From Paludibacter sp. (GTDB taxonomy: Bacteria; Bacteroidota; Bacteroidia; Bacteroidales; Paludibacteraceae), in NCBI GenBank assembly GCA_034002585.1, contig JAVFAG010000001.1, positions 25,202 to 89,201 on the forward strand: DNA of 64,000 nt. Direction: 5' to 3'. Every line of letters starts with the position of its first letter. Positions within the stretch are counted from its first letter, which is position 1. Made by a program: the position numbers and the translations under genes. A model generated the notes under the pieces. That model ran no database searches, was not told the origin of the DNA, and saw only the letters and a list, made by a program, of their open reading frames with translations. Positions 1 through 9,558 of this stretch are shown here, piece after piece.

Positions 1-288
1 TTCCTTTTTCAGTACAATGTCGAACGCTTTTACCTTTGGAGAGGCTATTACTTCGGCATTTGAGTTTATCACCTGCTCCTCGGCAATGTACTTACTCCAG
101 AGCGCTTTGGCATCCTGTCCCTGAGTATCAATATTCAATGAGCTAAGAATTTGTTTCATTTTATCCAGCTCCACGTTGGTCGTCTGTTTTTCTTTCAGAG
201 ATCCCGAAACGAGGGCCAGTAGCAGCGCCACGATAACCACCATCACCGTAGCGTACAATAAAGTATAACTGTTATTATTTGTATTCAT
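1..288 (-). CDS. nqrC: Na(+)-translocating NADH:quinone reductase subunit C (5' part; runs off window edge)
   Basis: Hand translation from ATG at 288: MNTNNNSYTLLYATVMVVIVALLLALVSGSLKEKQTTNVELDKMKQILSSLNI..., a typical NqrC N-terminal anchor directly downstream of nqrB. Not in the ORF track. Confidence 0.93.
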   Translation of the reverse strand, partial: MNTNNNSYTLLYATVMVVIVALLLALVSGSLKEKQTTNVELDKMKQILSSLNIDTQGQDAKALWSKYIAEEQVINSNAEVIASPKVKAFDIVLKKE

Positions 289-303
289 GCTGTTTTCTCC
301 TTT

Positions 304-1509
304 TTAAGCCTTGATTTGTGCCCGTTTCAGACGCTTCTTGATATTGGCATCCACTACATAATAGTCGATCAGCGGAGCGAAAATATTCATAAACAGAATC
401 GCCAGCATCATTCCTTCGGGATAACCGGGGTTGAGTGTACGAATGATGATGGTAAATGCACCAATCATGAAACCATAAATCCATTTACCAGTTTCGGTAC
501 GGGCCGACGTTACAGGATCGGTAGCCATAAACACAGCTCCGAAAGCAAAACCACCAAATACGAGATGATTGTACCATTCCAGGTTTGCATACGCTGTATC
601 CGGGCCAATGATATTAAAAACGTAAGCCATAATTGCTCCGCCTCCAAATACCGAAAGCATCACTTTCCAACTTGCCACACCTGTAAGTAAAAGCACGGCA
701 GCCCCCAGCAGAATAGCCAGGGTAGATGTTTCGCCCACCGAACCGGGAATTAATCCCAGAAATCCATCGATAAAACTAATCGGATTACCCAATGTGTCGG
801 TTAGCGATGCAGTGGCACCCGGAGCAGTAGCTACTTCACCCAGAACAGTTGCACCTGAGAAAGAATCAACCACTGTACCTTCACCTAAGCCAAATGTAGT
901 TCCGGTGCGCACCCACACTTTGTCGCCCGACATGAAAGTCGGATAGGCAAAGAAAAGGAAAGCACGGGCAACCAATGCCACGTTAAAGATATTCATACCT
1001 GTTCCACCAAAAACTTCTTTGGCAAACACAACCGCAAAAGCAGTTGCCACAGCCACCATCCAAAGCGGTGTATCAACAGGAACAATCAGCGGAATCAGCA
1101 TCCCGGATACCAGAAAACCTTCCTGTACCTCATGACCTTTAATCTGGGCGATAATGAACTCGATACCCAGCCCTACACCATACGATACAACGATGGTTGG
1201 GACAACTGCCAGTGCTCCGAACAGGAACATTTCCCAGAAACCAACTTCCTGACCAACAGCCAGAAAATGCTGATAACCGATATTGTACATACCGAAAAGC
1301 AGGGCAGGCACCATGGCCAGAACCACCACTATCATTGTACGTTTCGAATCGATGGCATCGTGAATGTGAGTTCCGCGCTTCGACGTTATATTAGGCGTAA
1401 AGAGAAAAGTCTCAAAGCCATCGAAAACTGAATGCAGTTTTTCAAACTTACCGCCTTTCGAGAAATGCGGCTTCAGTTGATCTACATATTTTCTTAATTT
1501 ATTACTCAT
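304..1509 (-). CDS. nqrB: Na(+)-translocating NADH:quinone reductase subunit B
   Basis: THIHDAIDSKRTM, FAKEVFGGTGMN, FMN-attachment SGAT, FMATDPVTS and YPEGMMLAILF motifs; polytopic membrane protein. Confidence 0.97.
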   Translation of the reverse strand: MSNKLRKYVDQLKPHFSKGGKFEKLHSVFDGFETFLFTPNITSKRGTHIHDAIDSKRTMIVVVLAMVPALLFGMYNIGYQHFLAVGQEVGFWEMFLFGALAVVPTIVVSYGVGLGIEFIIAQIKGHEVQEGFLVSGMLIPLIVPVDTPLWMVAVATAFAVVFAKEVFGGTGMNIFNVALVARAFLFFAYPTFMSGDKVWVRTGTTFGLGEGTVVDSFSGATVLGEVATAPGATASLTDTLGNPISFIDGFLGLIPGSVGETSTLAILLGAAVLLLTGVASWKVMLSVFGGGAIMAYVFNIIGPDTAYANLEWYNHLVFGGFAFGAVFMATDPVTSARTETGKWIYGFMIGAFTIIIRTLNPGYPEGMMLAILFMNIFAPLIDYYVVDANIKKRLKRAQIKA

Positions 1510-1510
1510 A

Positions 1511-2884
1511 TTATTCCAGTTCTTTTTTCATTAAATCGAGCGATTCACGCACCAATTGCTGAAGTGGTAATTTCGAAGTACAAACAAATTCGCATAAAGC
1601 TACATCCTCAGGTGCAATTTCATACGCTCCCAGGGCTTCCATCTTATCGATATCCTTAGTAATCATCGCTTTAAACAGATACTCAGGATAAATATCCATT
1701 GGAAGTACTTTATCGTATTCACCCGACATAATCATTGCACGACGACCACCCATCAGGCGGGCATCCCACTGATAACGAATATGTCCGAATAACTTACTTA
1801 TAAGTTTGCTCTCGAGGAGAGGTGCAAGGTAAGCACGACTCATGCTGAAACGACGGACACGGGGCATTCCCCATCCAAGTAGTTCGTGCGTTTCGTTACC
1901 TTCCTCCATAATCGTAATCTGAGTCGAATAAGGATCGAAGTATCCGTTACCGGCAATTTTTTCACCGGTAAGTATATTGCCACTGATAATGCGATGGGTA
2001 GTATTTCCTTTGATTTTATCCTTCAGCAACTCTTCCAGTTTTACGCCCGGGAGAAGTTTAAAATACTGGGGAGCTTTTACGCTGGGACCAGTAAGAGCTA
2101 CCGTCCGGGTAAAATCAACAACACCTTTATTGAAGAAACGACCAATAAATACGACATCCTGAGCATTCACTGTAAATACAACTTCTCCTTTATTAACAGG
2201 GCTGATGTGATTGATTTGAATACCTACGTTACCAACAGGATGAGGACCTGCATATTCGGTAATAGCAGCATTTTTTACTGCATGAAATGGCGATTTTTTT
2301 CCGGCACGCACACCAAGCTGAACCGGTGCCAGTTTGGCCAAAACATCAATGCCTGTTTGAAAATCAGCCATCTGACTTCCCAGAACGAAATCGTTGTTGG
2401 GTGCCAGCGGAGCCGTATCAAAGGAAGAAATGAAAATTGCTTTCGGTGTACTGGTTGGGGCTGCAATCACATCGTAGGGACGCTGTTTGATATACACCCA
2501 TAATCCTGCCTGTTGCAGCTGAAGTGTCAACTGCTCACGAGAGCTGTCTGCTAATGAAGGTTTATCAAAATCAGCGTATTCCATTTTACCATCGCTCTCG
2601 ATGAGAATACTGATAATTTTACGACGTTCGCCTCTGTTGACCGACTTTATGATTCCACTAACGGGCGATACAAACTTTGTATCGGGGAATTGCTTATCGA
2701 AAAACACCGGAGAACCTGCCTTCACTACATCACCCTCTTTCACCATTAACTTTGGTGTAATACCGTGGTAATAATCCGGTATCATGGCAAAATCGCGGGT
2801 GAGCACGGCCGAACCGATACTTTCCACTGCTTTACCATTAACAGGAATATCCAAACCACGTTTTGTTGTTATCAGGTTTGCCAT
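1511..2884 (-). CDS. nqrA: Na(+)-translocating NADH:quinone reductase subunit A
   Basis: GLDIP N-terminus, GPHPVGNVG, IISGNILTG, C-terminal EDVALCEFVCTSK. Confidence 0.97.
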   Translation of the reverse strand: MANLITTKRGLDIPVNGKAVESIGSAVLTRDFAMIPDYYHGITPKLMVKEGDVVKAGSPVFFDKQFPDTKFVSPVSGIIKSVNRGERRKIISILIESDGKMEYADFDKPSLADSSREQLTLQLQQAGLWVYIKQRPYDVIAAPTSTPKAIFISSFDTAPLAPNNDFVLGSQMADFQTGIDVLAKLAPVQLGVRAGKKSPFHAVKNAAITEYAGPHPVGNVGIQINHISPVNKGEVVFTVNAQDVVFIGRFFNKGVVDFTRTVALTGPSVKAPQYFKLLPGVKLEELLKDKIKGNTTHRIISGNILTGEKIAGNGYFDPYSTQITIMEEGNETHELLGWGMPRVRRFSMSRAYLAPLLESKLISKLFGHIRYQWDARLMGGRRAMIMSGEYDKVLPMDIYPEYLFKAMITKDIDKMEALGAYEIAPEDVALCEFVCTSKLPLQQLVRESLDLMKKELE

Positions 2885-2953
2885 ATTATAGTAATAAGTG
2901 TTTGATTTTTAAAATATTACTGTGAAACAATACAATCTCTCGAAAAAACGCCA

Positions 2954-2961
2954 CAAAAATA
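2954..2961 (-). promoter_or_regulatory. Bacteroidota -7 promoter box (TATTTTTG) for nqr operon
   Basis: Matches TAnnTTTG on the minus strand, ~70 nt upstream of nqrA. Confidence 0.65.
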
Positions 2962-3029
2962 CAACAATTTCAGATTATAATCACTATAAATAATGAAATT
3001 TTTCCGCATATTGGGTGAAGAATTTTCTT

Positions 3030-3037
3030 TACATTTG
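3030..3037 (+). promoter_or_regulatory. Bacteroidota -7 promoter box (TACATTTG)
   Basis: TAnnTTTG consensus ~25 nt before ATG 3062; implies the ORF-track start at 2993 is too early. Confidence 0.65.
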
Positions 3038-3061
3038 CAAAATGATAATTACAGAGATAGT

Positions 3062-4327
3062 ATGAAGGTAAAGGGACTGATTCTTTTTTTTATGCTTGCG
3101 ATGGTTCAGGAGAACTATCCCGGGGTTTTTCGTACCGGAATTTTCACTCCCAACATAAAGACGCTTACGGTTGGAATTGCCGATGTGAAATATTCGCTTC
3201 CGCATATCGCTCTCAATAGCCAGGAAGTGCTCGAAATTCATTTTGATGAAATGTCGCACGATACAAGAGCATTCAGCTACAAAATAATCCACTGCAACTC
3301 CGACTGGACGCAATCCGAACTTTCAACTACCGAATATCTCGAAGGTTTTACACATGCCGATATTACTCAGTCGGAAAGGTCGGTGAACACAGCCTATTTG
3401 TATACTCATTATCGCTTTCAACTTCCCAATGAGGAGTTACGGTTCCGGGTTTCCGGAAATTATGTGGTTCAAATCTACCAGGATAATCAGCAGGATAAAC
3501 CGGTAGCACAAGCCTGTTTTTCGGTATATGAACCCAGGGCGGGCATCGAAGCTACAGTACGACCCAATACCGATACTGAAATAAATGGTCGTTATCAGCA
3601 ACTCGATTTCTCGGTCAATCTCAGTGGCTATTATGTGCGAGAGCCCATGAATGAAATCAAGGTAACGGTTCGCCAGAACAACCGGCACGATAATGAAGTC
3701 ACCGGAATTCGTCCCACCTCGCTGATGGGCTCTAAACTCAACTACACTAACAATAAAGCATTGATTTTTGAAGGAGGAAGCGAGTTCCGGTCTTTCGACA
3801 TTTCATCGGTTTATGCTGCCGGCCGGGGTGTGGAGGAAGTTACACTCAACAATCAGCAGTTCGAGGCCTGGTTAAAAACCGATAAAGTACGCCGGGGAGC
3901 TTATGAATTTGATTTCGATGTGAACGGCCGCTTTCTGATTCATCACCAGGAAGCTTTTTACGATGTGGCCACCGAAGCCGATTACCTTCCTGTACATTTT
4001 AGCCTTGATGTGCCTCAACCCTTTTTCGATGGAATGCTCTACCTGGGTGGAGAATTGAACTTCAACCTGTTGGATCAAAACAACCGGATGAACTACAACA
4101 ACCAGCGCAAGCGCTACGAACAAACGTTATTGCTTAAGCAGGGAGGATACAATTACCAGTACCGCTTTGTTCCCAAAGGACAACTATCGGCCAGCGTTAT
4201 GCGGACAGAGGGTTCATACTGGCAAACCCGCAACGAATATACTATCTATGTGTATCACCGACCCTGGGGCGAACGCTACGATAAACTTATTGGTATTCGC
4301 ACCGTCACCAACAGCGGGATGGAGTAA
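3062..4327 (+). CDS. DUF5103-family protein, type IX secretion system plug protein
   Basis: Signal peptide MKVKGLILFFMLAM; YKIIHCNSDWTQS, SVNT-YTHY, FEGGSEFRSFD, LLKQGGYNYQY, EGSYWQTRNEY and YHRPWGERYDKLIG motifs recalled for this family. Confidence 0.8.
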   Translation: MKVKGLILFFMLAMVQENYPGVFRTGIFTPNIKTLTVGIADVKYSLPHIALNSQEVLEIHFDEMSHDTRAFSYKIIHCNSDWTQSELSTTEYLEGFTHADITQSERSVNTAYLYTHYRFQLPNEELRFRVSGNYVVQIYQDNQQDKPVAQACFSVYEPRAGIEATVRPNTDTEINGRYQQLDFSVNLSGYYVREPMNEIKVTVRQNNRHDNEVTGIRPTSLMGSKLNYTNNKALIFEGGSEFRSFDISSVYAAGRGVEEVTLNNQQFEAWLKTDKVRRGAYEFDFDVNGRFLIHHQEAFYDVATEADYLPVHFSLDVPQPFFDGMLYLGGELNFNLLDQNNRMNYNNQRKRYEQTLLLKQGGYNYQYRFVPKGQLSASVMRTEGSYWQTRNEYTIYVYHRPWGERYDKLIGIRTVTNSGME

Positions 4328-4350
4328 CTCCTCCCGATTAACCAGTTAAC

Positions 4351-5274
4351 ATGACACGTTACACCAGTTACACAACTATACTACGCTCGCAGTTCGACTG
4401 CCGCGTTCAGAAGATCTCTATCAATGCAGGTTTTACCTGCCCAAACCGCGACGGCAGTAAGGGACGCGGTGGATGTACCTATTGCAACAACCAGACTTTT
4501 GTTCCTGACTATTGCCTTCCTGTAAAGTCCATCACCCAGCAAATCGATGAGGGGATATCCTTTTTCAACAAAAAAGAGAAATATGCCGATCAGGCCTATC
4601 TGGCCTATTTTCAATCCTATACCAACACCTACGACAGTCTTGAAAAACTGGAGTCGGTGTATGGTGAAGCAATCCGGCATCCCCGGGTAAAAGGCATCGT
4701 TGTGGGTACGCGTCCCGATTGTGTGGATGAACGTATCCTCTCCTACTTCGCCGGACTGGCACGCGACAGGTATGTTATGATTGAATACGGAATCGAATCG
4801 ACCTCAGATGAAACGCTGGAACGTATCAACCGTGGTCACGACTACCAGTGTGCTGTGGATGCTATTCACCTGACAGCATCCATGGGACTGCCGGTAGGGG
4901 CACATATGATTTTAGGTCTGCCCGGCGAGGATCGCGATACTATTTTAGGGCATGCCGATCGGCTGAGTGAATTACCGTTAAATGCCCTGAAGCTGCATCA
5001 ACTTCAGCTGGTGAGAGGGACTCTAATGGCGAAAGAAGCCCGTGAGTACCCCGAACGTTTCACCTTTTTCTCAGCCGATGACTACACCGATTTGGTGGTC
5101 GATTTCCTCGAAAGGCTGAATCCGGATATTGCCATCGAGCGATTTGTGTCACAATCGCCCCGTGCATTTTTAATTTCACCGGATTGGGGATTAAAAAATT
5201 TTGAGTTTGTAAATCTGGTTGAAAAGAGGCTGGAGGAGCGGGATACCTGGCAGGGACGAAAATTTAAACAGTAA
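4351..5274 (+). CDS. Radical SAM protein, TIGR01212/YhcC family
   Basis: GFTCPNRDG...GGCTYCNN cysteine motif, YFQSYTNTY, GTRPDC, LKLHQLQ. Confidence 0.9.
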   Translation: MTRYTSYTTILRSQFDCRVQKISINAGFTCPNRDGSKGRGGCTYCNNQTFVPDYCLPVKSITQQIDEGISFFNKKEKYADQAYLAYFQSYTNTYDSLEKLESVYGEAIRHPRVKGIVVGTRPDCVDERILSYFAGLARDRYVMIEYGIESTSDETLERINRGHDYQCAVDAIHLTASMGLPVGAHMILGLPGEDRDTILGHADRLSELPLNALKLHQLQLVRGTLMAKEAREYPERFTFFSADDYTDLVVDFLERLNPDIAIERFVSQSPRAFLISPDWGLKNFEFVNLVEKRLEERDTWQGRKFKQ

Positions 5275-5278
5275 TATT

Positions 5279-6607
5279 ATGGACATCGGGTTACGAAGGA
5301 AAATTATCAGGTTGATGGAGCGGGAAGTAATTCCGGCTATAGGCTGTACCGAACCGATTTCGGTTGCGCTGGCAGTGGCTAAAGTGAAGGAATTGCTGGG
5401 TGTGGTTCCCGATTTTATTGATGTTCAGCTGAGTGCCAATGTATTGAAAAATGCGATGGGTGTTGGGATTCCCGGTACAGGAATGTATGGCTTACCTATT
5501 GCAATAGCGATGGGAGCCATTGCCGGAAAATCGGAGTATGGTCTGGAAGTATTGAAAGACAGCAACCCTGAACTTCTCGAATTGGGCAAAATCTTCATTC
5601 AGGATAAAAAACTCAAAGTCAGCCTTAAGGAAGATTGCTCTGAGAAACTGTATATCGAAGTTACCGGTCAGGCAGATGAACATACTGCAAGAGCCATAAT
5701 CAGTGGTGAACACACCCGATTTGTTCTCTGGGAAAAGGATGCAGAGCTGTTGTTTGACAGCAATCAGGAAGCCAGCACTTTTGGTGGCACACCTGAAAAT
5801 CACCCTGAGACACAGTCCCTTTCGAACTCTTCAAGTGGTTCGACTGAGGAGAATGAACCTGAATTATCCTTCGATAGCGTTTGCGATTTTGCCTGTACAA
5901 CCCCCATCGACGACTTGCGTTTTATCCTCAAAACAGTAGAAATAAACAAAGCCGCAGCAGCTGAATCGTTGAAAGGCACCTACGGACATGGAGTTGCACA
6001 AACTCTATCGAGCGGCCTCATGGGGAACAATGTATATACCCATATGCTTTCATACACTGCAGCAGCCTGCGATGCACGTATGGCCGGAGCCATGATTCCG
6101 GTTATGAGTAATTCGGGCAGTGGCAATCAGGGAATTACCGCTACACTTCCTGTTTCGGTTTTTGCCGAGGAAACGGGTAAAAGTGAAGATGATTTGATAC
6201 GTGCGCTAACACTGAGTCACCTGATGACCATCTACATCAAGCAAAGTCTGGGGAGGCTTTCGGGGCTGTGTGGTGCCGTGGTGGCAGCCACCGGCTCGAG
6301 TTGTGGCATTACTTACCTGATGGGAGGCAGCCGTGAACAACTAGGTTATGCCATTAAAAACATGATTGGAAATATTACTGGTATGATATGCGATGGTGCC
6401 AAGCCGAGTTGTACGTTGAAAGTTTCGAATGGTGTTTCAACAGCCATGTTATCGGCAATGATGGCGATAGATAATAAAGTAGTAACAGCTGTGGAAGGTA
6501 TCGCCGATGAAGAAGTGGACAAAACCATTGCCAACCTCACCAAAATCGGTCGGTTTGGCATGTTGGAAACCGACCGGATGATACTGGAAATAATGACGAG
6601 TAAATAA
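5279..6607 (+). CDS. L-cysteine desulfidase-like protein (UPF0597/YhaM, serine dehydratase alpha-like)
   Basis: PAIGCTEP, KNAMGVGIPGTG, DARMAG, MSNSGSGNQG, GMICDGAKPSC. Start set at ATG 5279 to avoid overlap with the upstream gene. Confidence 0.88.
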   Translation: MDIGLRRKIIRLMEREVIPAIGCTEPISVALAVAKVKELLGVVPDFIDVQLSANVLKNAMGVGIPGTGMYGLPIAIAMGAIAGKSEYGLEVLKDSNPELLELGKIFIQDKKLKVSLKEDCSEKLYIEVTGQADEHTARAIISGEHTRFVLWEKDAELLFDSNQEASTFGGTPENHPETQSLSNSSSGSTEENEPELSFDSVCDFACTTPIDDLRFILKTVEINKAAAAESLKGTYGHGVAQTLSSGLMGNNVYTHMLSYTAAACDARMAGAMIPVMSNSGSGNQGITATLPVSVFAEETGKSEDDLIRALTLSHLMTIYIKQSLGRLSGLCGAVVAATGSSCGITYLMGGSREQLGYAIKNMIGNITGMICDGAKPSCTLKVSNGVSTAMLSAMMAIDNKVVTAVEGIADEEVDKTIANLTKIGRFGMLETDRMILEIMTSK

Positions 6608-6658
6608 GCAATTGCTTAGCAGCTTGTAAACCTGTCAATTGCCAGGTTATCAGGAAAG

Positions 6659-7879
6659 TTAGTACCTTTCAACCTGTCCCATTTTGCCAATAAACAGGAT
6701 AACGCCGGTACTTTGTTCCCTTATTACAAATATAAACGGACGGTTGGCATTAAACAACGGAACAACAGGCATCGACAACTCTATGATTTCAACAATTGTG
6801 ACTGCTGCAGCTTCCGTTCCTTTTTCGTTAACATCGCAATAGGTACTGTGTATCACCCTCGATATCGACAAGCGTGAGTCGGCTATTTTAGTAAAATCGG
6901 CTTCGTCGGAGAATGCTTTCATCATCCCCATGCGCTTCAGCGGTTCCTTCAATTCGTATTTCCCTTTGGTTTTAAATTTTGGAAGATACACCTGCACTTC
7001 TCGTGATTGCATGCCGGCTATGACGTCATTCCAGCGTTCTGTAGTGAGTTGATTAATCACCTCCCCGGTTGTTTTACCTTCATTAGGAAGAATAACCGTC
7101 GTATTAAAAGCTTTATTTCCGTAAGGCATATCGAGGTACTGCGCAATTTCATCCGTATAGTAACCAAAGGTATCTTTTTGCTGCATCATATCTACCTTAA
7201 TCGTTTTTTCATCCTCAGTATAAAAATTGGAAACCGTTGTGTTTTTCTCCTCAAACATTTTAGCCCATATACCTTTAAAATAGATGGCATTGATAAGGTA
7301 CATCACTGCACTTGCGGGAATGTTATCAAGCGGTTCCTTAATGAGTTGATTCGTTTTCTCAGCACACCAATTATTTATAGTCTTAAGTGCTTCAGGTTTG
7401 GTGAAGTCAATTTCCCTTACTGTAGCATTAAAATACTGCTGATTTACCTGCAGGAAAGCGGGTTTTACCGGATAGCCCTCGCGGTACCATATTGAGTTGG
7501 CAATATTCAGGATGGTGGATGGATCAATTCCGGGAAGTGCTGCCAACATTATTTTGTAATATTCGTTGATTTCATTTTCGGTCATTCCATGTAATTTGAG
7601 AGCTGTTTCCATTTCAGTTTTCGTATCCCCTACAGCTCCGTTCAGGGTCATCCCCAGGGCAATGCTAACACTCAATGGCGAAATAAAGATATTTTTTTCT
7701 GAAGCATTATCAAGAATGACCTCACGAAATAAATCGAATGCAAATGCATTATCCTGCTGTACCCGCTTTTCCATTCCCACCTTCAGGGGAATCGGGTCGG
7801 CATCTTTTAATTGAACAACAGGTTCATCACAAGCGGACCATAGCAGCAGGGGGACAAAGAGAAGTATAAGCTTTTTCAT
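6659..7879 (-). CDS. Serpin-family protease inhibitor, lipoprotein
   Basis: Lipobox LWSA-C after ATG 7879; NIFISPLSVSIAL, LINAIYFKGIW, hinge VNEKGTEAAAVT, signature FNANRPFIFVIRE. Confidence 0.93.
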   Translation of the reverse strand: MKKLILLFVPLLLWSACDEPVVQLKDADPIPLKVGMEKRVQQDNAFAFDLFREVILDNASEKNIFISPLSVSIALGMTLNGAVGDTKTEMETALKLHGMTENEINEYYKIMLAALPGIDPSTILNIANSIWYREGYPVKPAFLQVNQQYFNATVREIDFTKPEALKTINNWCAEKTNQLIKEPLDNIPASAVMYLINAIYFKGIWAKMFEEKNTTVSNFYTEDEKTIKVDMMQQKDTFGYYTDEIAQYLDMPYGNKAFNTTVILPNEGKTTGEVINQLTTERWNDVIAGMQSREVQVYLPKFKTKGKYELKEPLKRMGMMKAFSDEADFTKIADSRLSISRVIHSTYCDVNEKGTEAAAVTIVEIIELSMPVVPLFNANRPFIFVIREQSTGVILFIGKMGQVERY

Positions 7880-8094
7880 CTGGCACAAATTTTTATGTAA
7901 ATCATTGTTTATACAGGAAGTATGATTGGAAATTTTTACAGATTCCCATCGCTCATTAAGGATGTTCTTTAACAATATGTATCATTTCATTTCACACAAT
8001 CGACAGATGCACAAAAAAATAAAAGGTTGCATCACATTCATCATACGTAGAAATTTGCTTTCCAGTTAACTTTCAAAAAAGCAACAATCAGCGC

Positions 8095-8124
8095 TTTGTG
8101 ATTCCGAAAAAAAGACTATCTTTG
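8095..8124 (+). promoter_or_regulatory. Bacteroidota sigma-A promoter for tRNA-Arg
   Basis: -33 TTTG (8095-8098) and -7 TATCTTTG (8117-8124) with 18 nt spacing. Confidence 0.8.
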
Positions 8125-8137
8125 CACCTCTTTACAA

Positions 8138-8211
8138 GGCTCCGTAGTTCAGCTGTATAGAACGTCAGATTCCGGTTCTGAAGGTCTTGGGTTAGAATCC
8201 CAACGGGGTCA
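8138..8211 (+). tRNA. tRNA-Arg (anticodon CCG)
   Basis: Cloverleaf: acceptor GGCTCCG/CGGGGTC, D stem GTTC/GAAC, anticodon arm TCAGA-TTCCGGT-TCTGA, T arm TTGGG-TTAGAAT-CCCAA; CCA not encoded. Confidence 0.95.
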
Positions 8212-8216
8212 CAATC

Positions 8217-8250
8217 AATTATTAATGATTAATCATTAATAATTTATCAT
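8217..8250. repeat. 28-bp perfect AT-rich palindrome built from TAATCAT-like heptamers; possible bidirectional terminator
   Basis: AATTATTAATGATT|AATCATTAATAATT at 8217-8244, between the tRNA 3' end and the mscS stop. Confidence 0.8.
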
Positions 8251-9537
8251 TCGATTCAGGTCTTTTCCAGAAGGTTGCTGGAAGATATCCAGACCGAAAA
8301 AGGACACTGCTGAGAGAAGGTGGTCGAAAATGTCGGCTTGAATTGCTTCGTATTCGACCCAGGCGGTGGTGTTGGTAAAACAGTAAATTTCGAGCGGAAC
8401 ACCCCGATCTTCAATGGCCAACTGTCGGACCATAATAGTCATATCGGGGCGGATTTTAGGATGGCTTTTCAGGTAGGACTCCACATATTTACGAAATACC
8501 CCGAGATTGGTCATTCGTCTGCCATTGATCAACACCGAGGTATCCACTTCGTTTTCAGCATTATAAGCTTCAATTTCCTGTTGACGACGGGTCAGGTAGT
8601 CTTTTACTAAAAAATACTTTTTGTAGTTTTCGCGTGTTTCCGGATCGACAAACCGAATGGATTGTGCATTGATATAGATGGACCGTTTAATTCGTCGTCC
8701 GCCACTTTCCACCATCCCCCGCCAGTTTTTAAAGCTGTCGGTGATAAAATAATAGGTTGGAATGGTAGTAATTGTCTTATCCCAGTTTTGAACCTTAACT
8801 GTATGCAGATTGATGGCAATCACATCGCCATCGGCATTAAACTTAGGCATTTCAATCCAGTCGCCCACACGTACAATATCGCTCGATGATATCTGAACGC
8901 TCGCCACAAAGCCCAGAATAGTATCCTTGAACACCAGCAACAGGATGGCAGTCATGGCACCGAAAGCGCTCAGGAAGTAAACCGGCGATTTTCCCAGTAA
9001 AACTGAAAGGATGAGTATGGCTGTGGCAATGTAAAGAATGATGCGTACCAACTGAAAATAGCTGGTCAGGGGTTTTTCCTTAAAAGAAGGGCGTGATGCC
9101 AGCGACAATTCTACAATCTTCAGAAAGGAGACCAAGATCATGGCACCCACAATGATGAGGTAGGTATCAGTAACTTTAATGATTAGTGGAAGTAAAAATT
9201 CGGATTCGCGAAAAATGGCTGGCGCCAAAACACGAACGAATATCGCCGGAATAACGTGTGAAAAATTGCTGAACACTTTCTTCTCCATCAATAAGTCATC
9301 CCATTGAGCAGGAGTCCGTTTTACCAGTTTGTAAAGGTAATTAAGTACAATAGTTTTGGTAATCCAGTGGATGACACCGGCAATCAGTATCATTAGCACA
9401 AGAAAAATGAGCAGCCGCACGTACATCACCCAGTCCTGAGCAATGCCCTGATTCAGCAACAACTGATCAACTTTATTTTCGATGCCCTGCAAGCTAAGTA
9501 ACTCTGCAGGCAACATACCGGCAAGCAAACTAATCAT
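8236..9537 (-). CDS. Mechanosensitive ion channel, MscS family (YbdG-like)
   Basis: VFKDTILGFVASVQ, VGDWIEMPKFNADGDV, VQNWDKTITTIPTY, GGRRIKRS, YEAIQADIFDH. Confidence 0.93.
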   Translation of the reverse strand: MISLLAGMLPAELLSLQGIENKVDQLLLNQGIAQDWVMYVRLLIFLVLMILIAGVIHWITKTIVLNYLYKLVKRTPAQWDDLLMEKKVFSNFSHVIPAIFVRVLAPAIFRESEFLLPLIIKVTDTYLIIVGAMILVSFLKIVELSLASRPSFKEKPLTSYFQLVRIILYIATAILILSVLLGKSPVYFLSAFGAMTAILLLVFKDTILGFVASVQISSSDIVRVGDWIEMPKFNADGDVIAINLHTVKVQNWDKTITTIPTYYFITDSFKNWRGMVESGGRRIKRSIYINAQSIRFVDPETRENYKKYFLVKDYLTRRQQEIEAYNAENEVDTSVLINGRRMTNLGVFRKYVESYLKSHPKIRPDMTIMVRQLAIEDRGVPLEIYCFTNTTAWVEYEAIQADIFDHLLSAVSFFGLDIFQQPSGKDLNRMINY

Positions 9538-9558
9538 TTATCATTAATCATTAATCAT
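9531..9558. repeat. Tandem heptamer repeat, 4 x (TAATCAT/TTATCAT)
   Basis: taatcat-ttatcat-taatcat-taatcat spans the mscS start codon, the whole spacer and the peptidase stop codon. Confidence 0.85.

Noticed and set aside
8221-8240. Fur box
   Set aside because: The AATGAT/ATCATT half-sites are separated by 2 nt rather than 1, and the site lies between two 3' ends rather than in a promoter.
8138-8260. tRNA as attachment site of an integrated mobile element
   Set aside because: No integrase, and no duplicated tRNA 3' end was noticed in the window.
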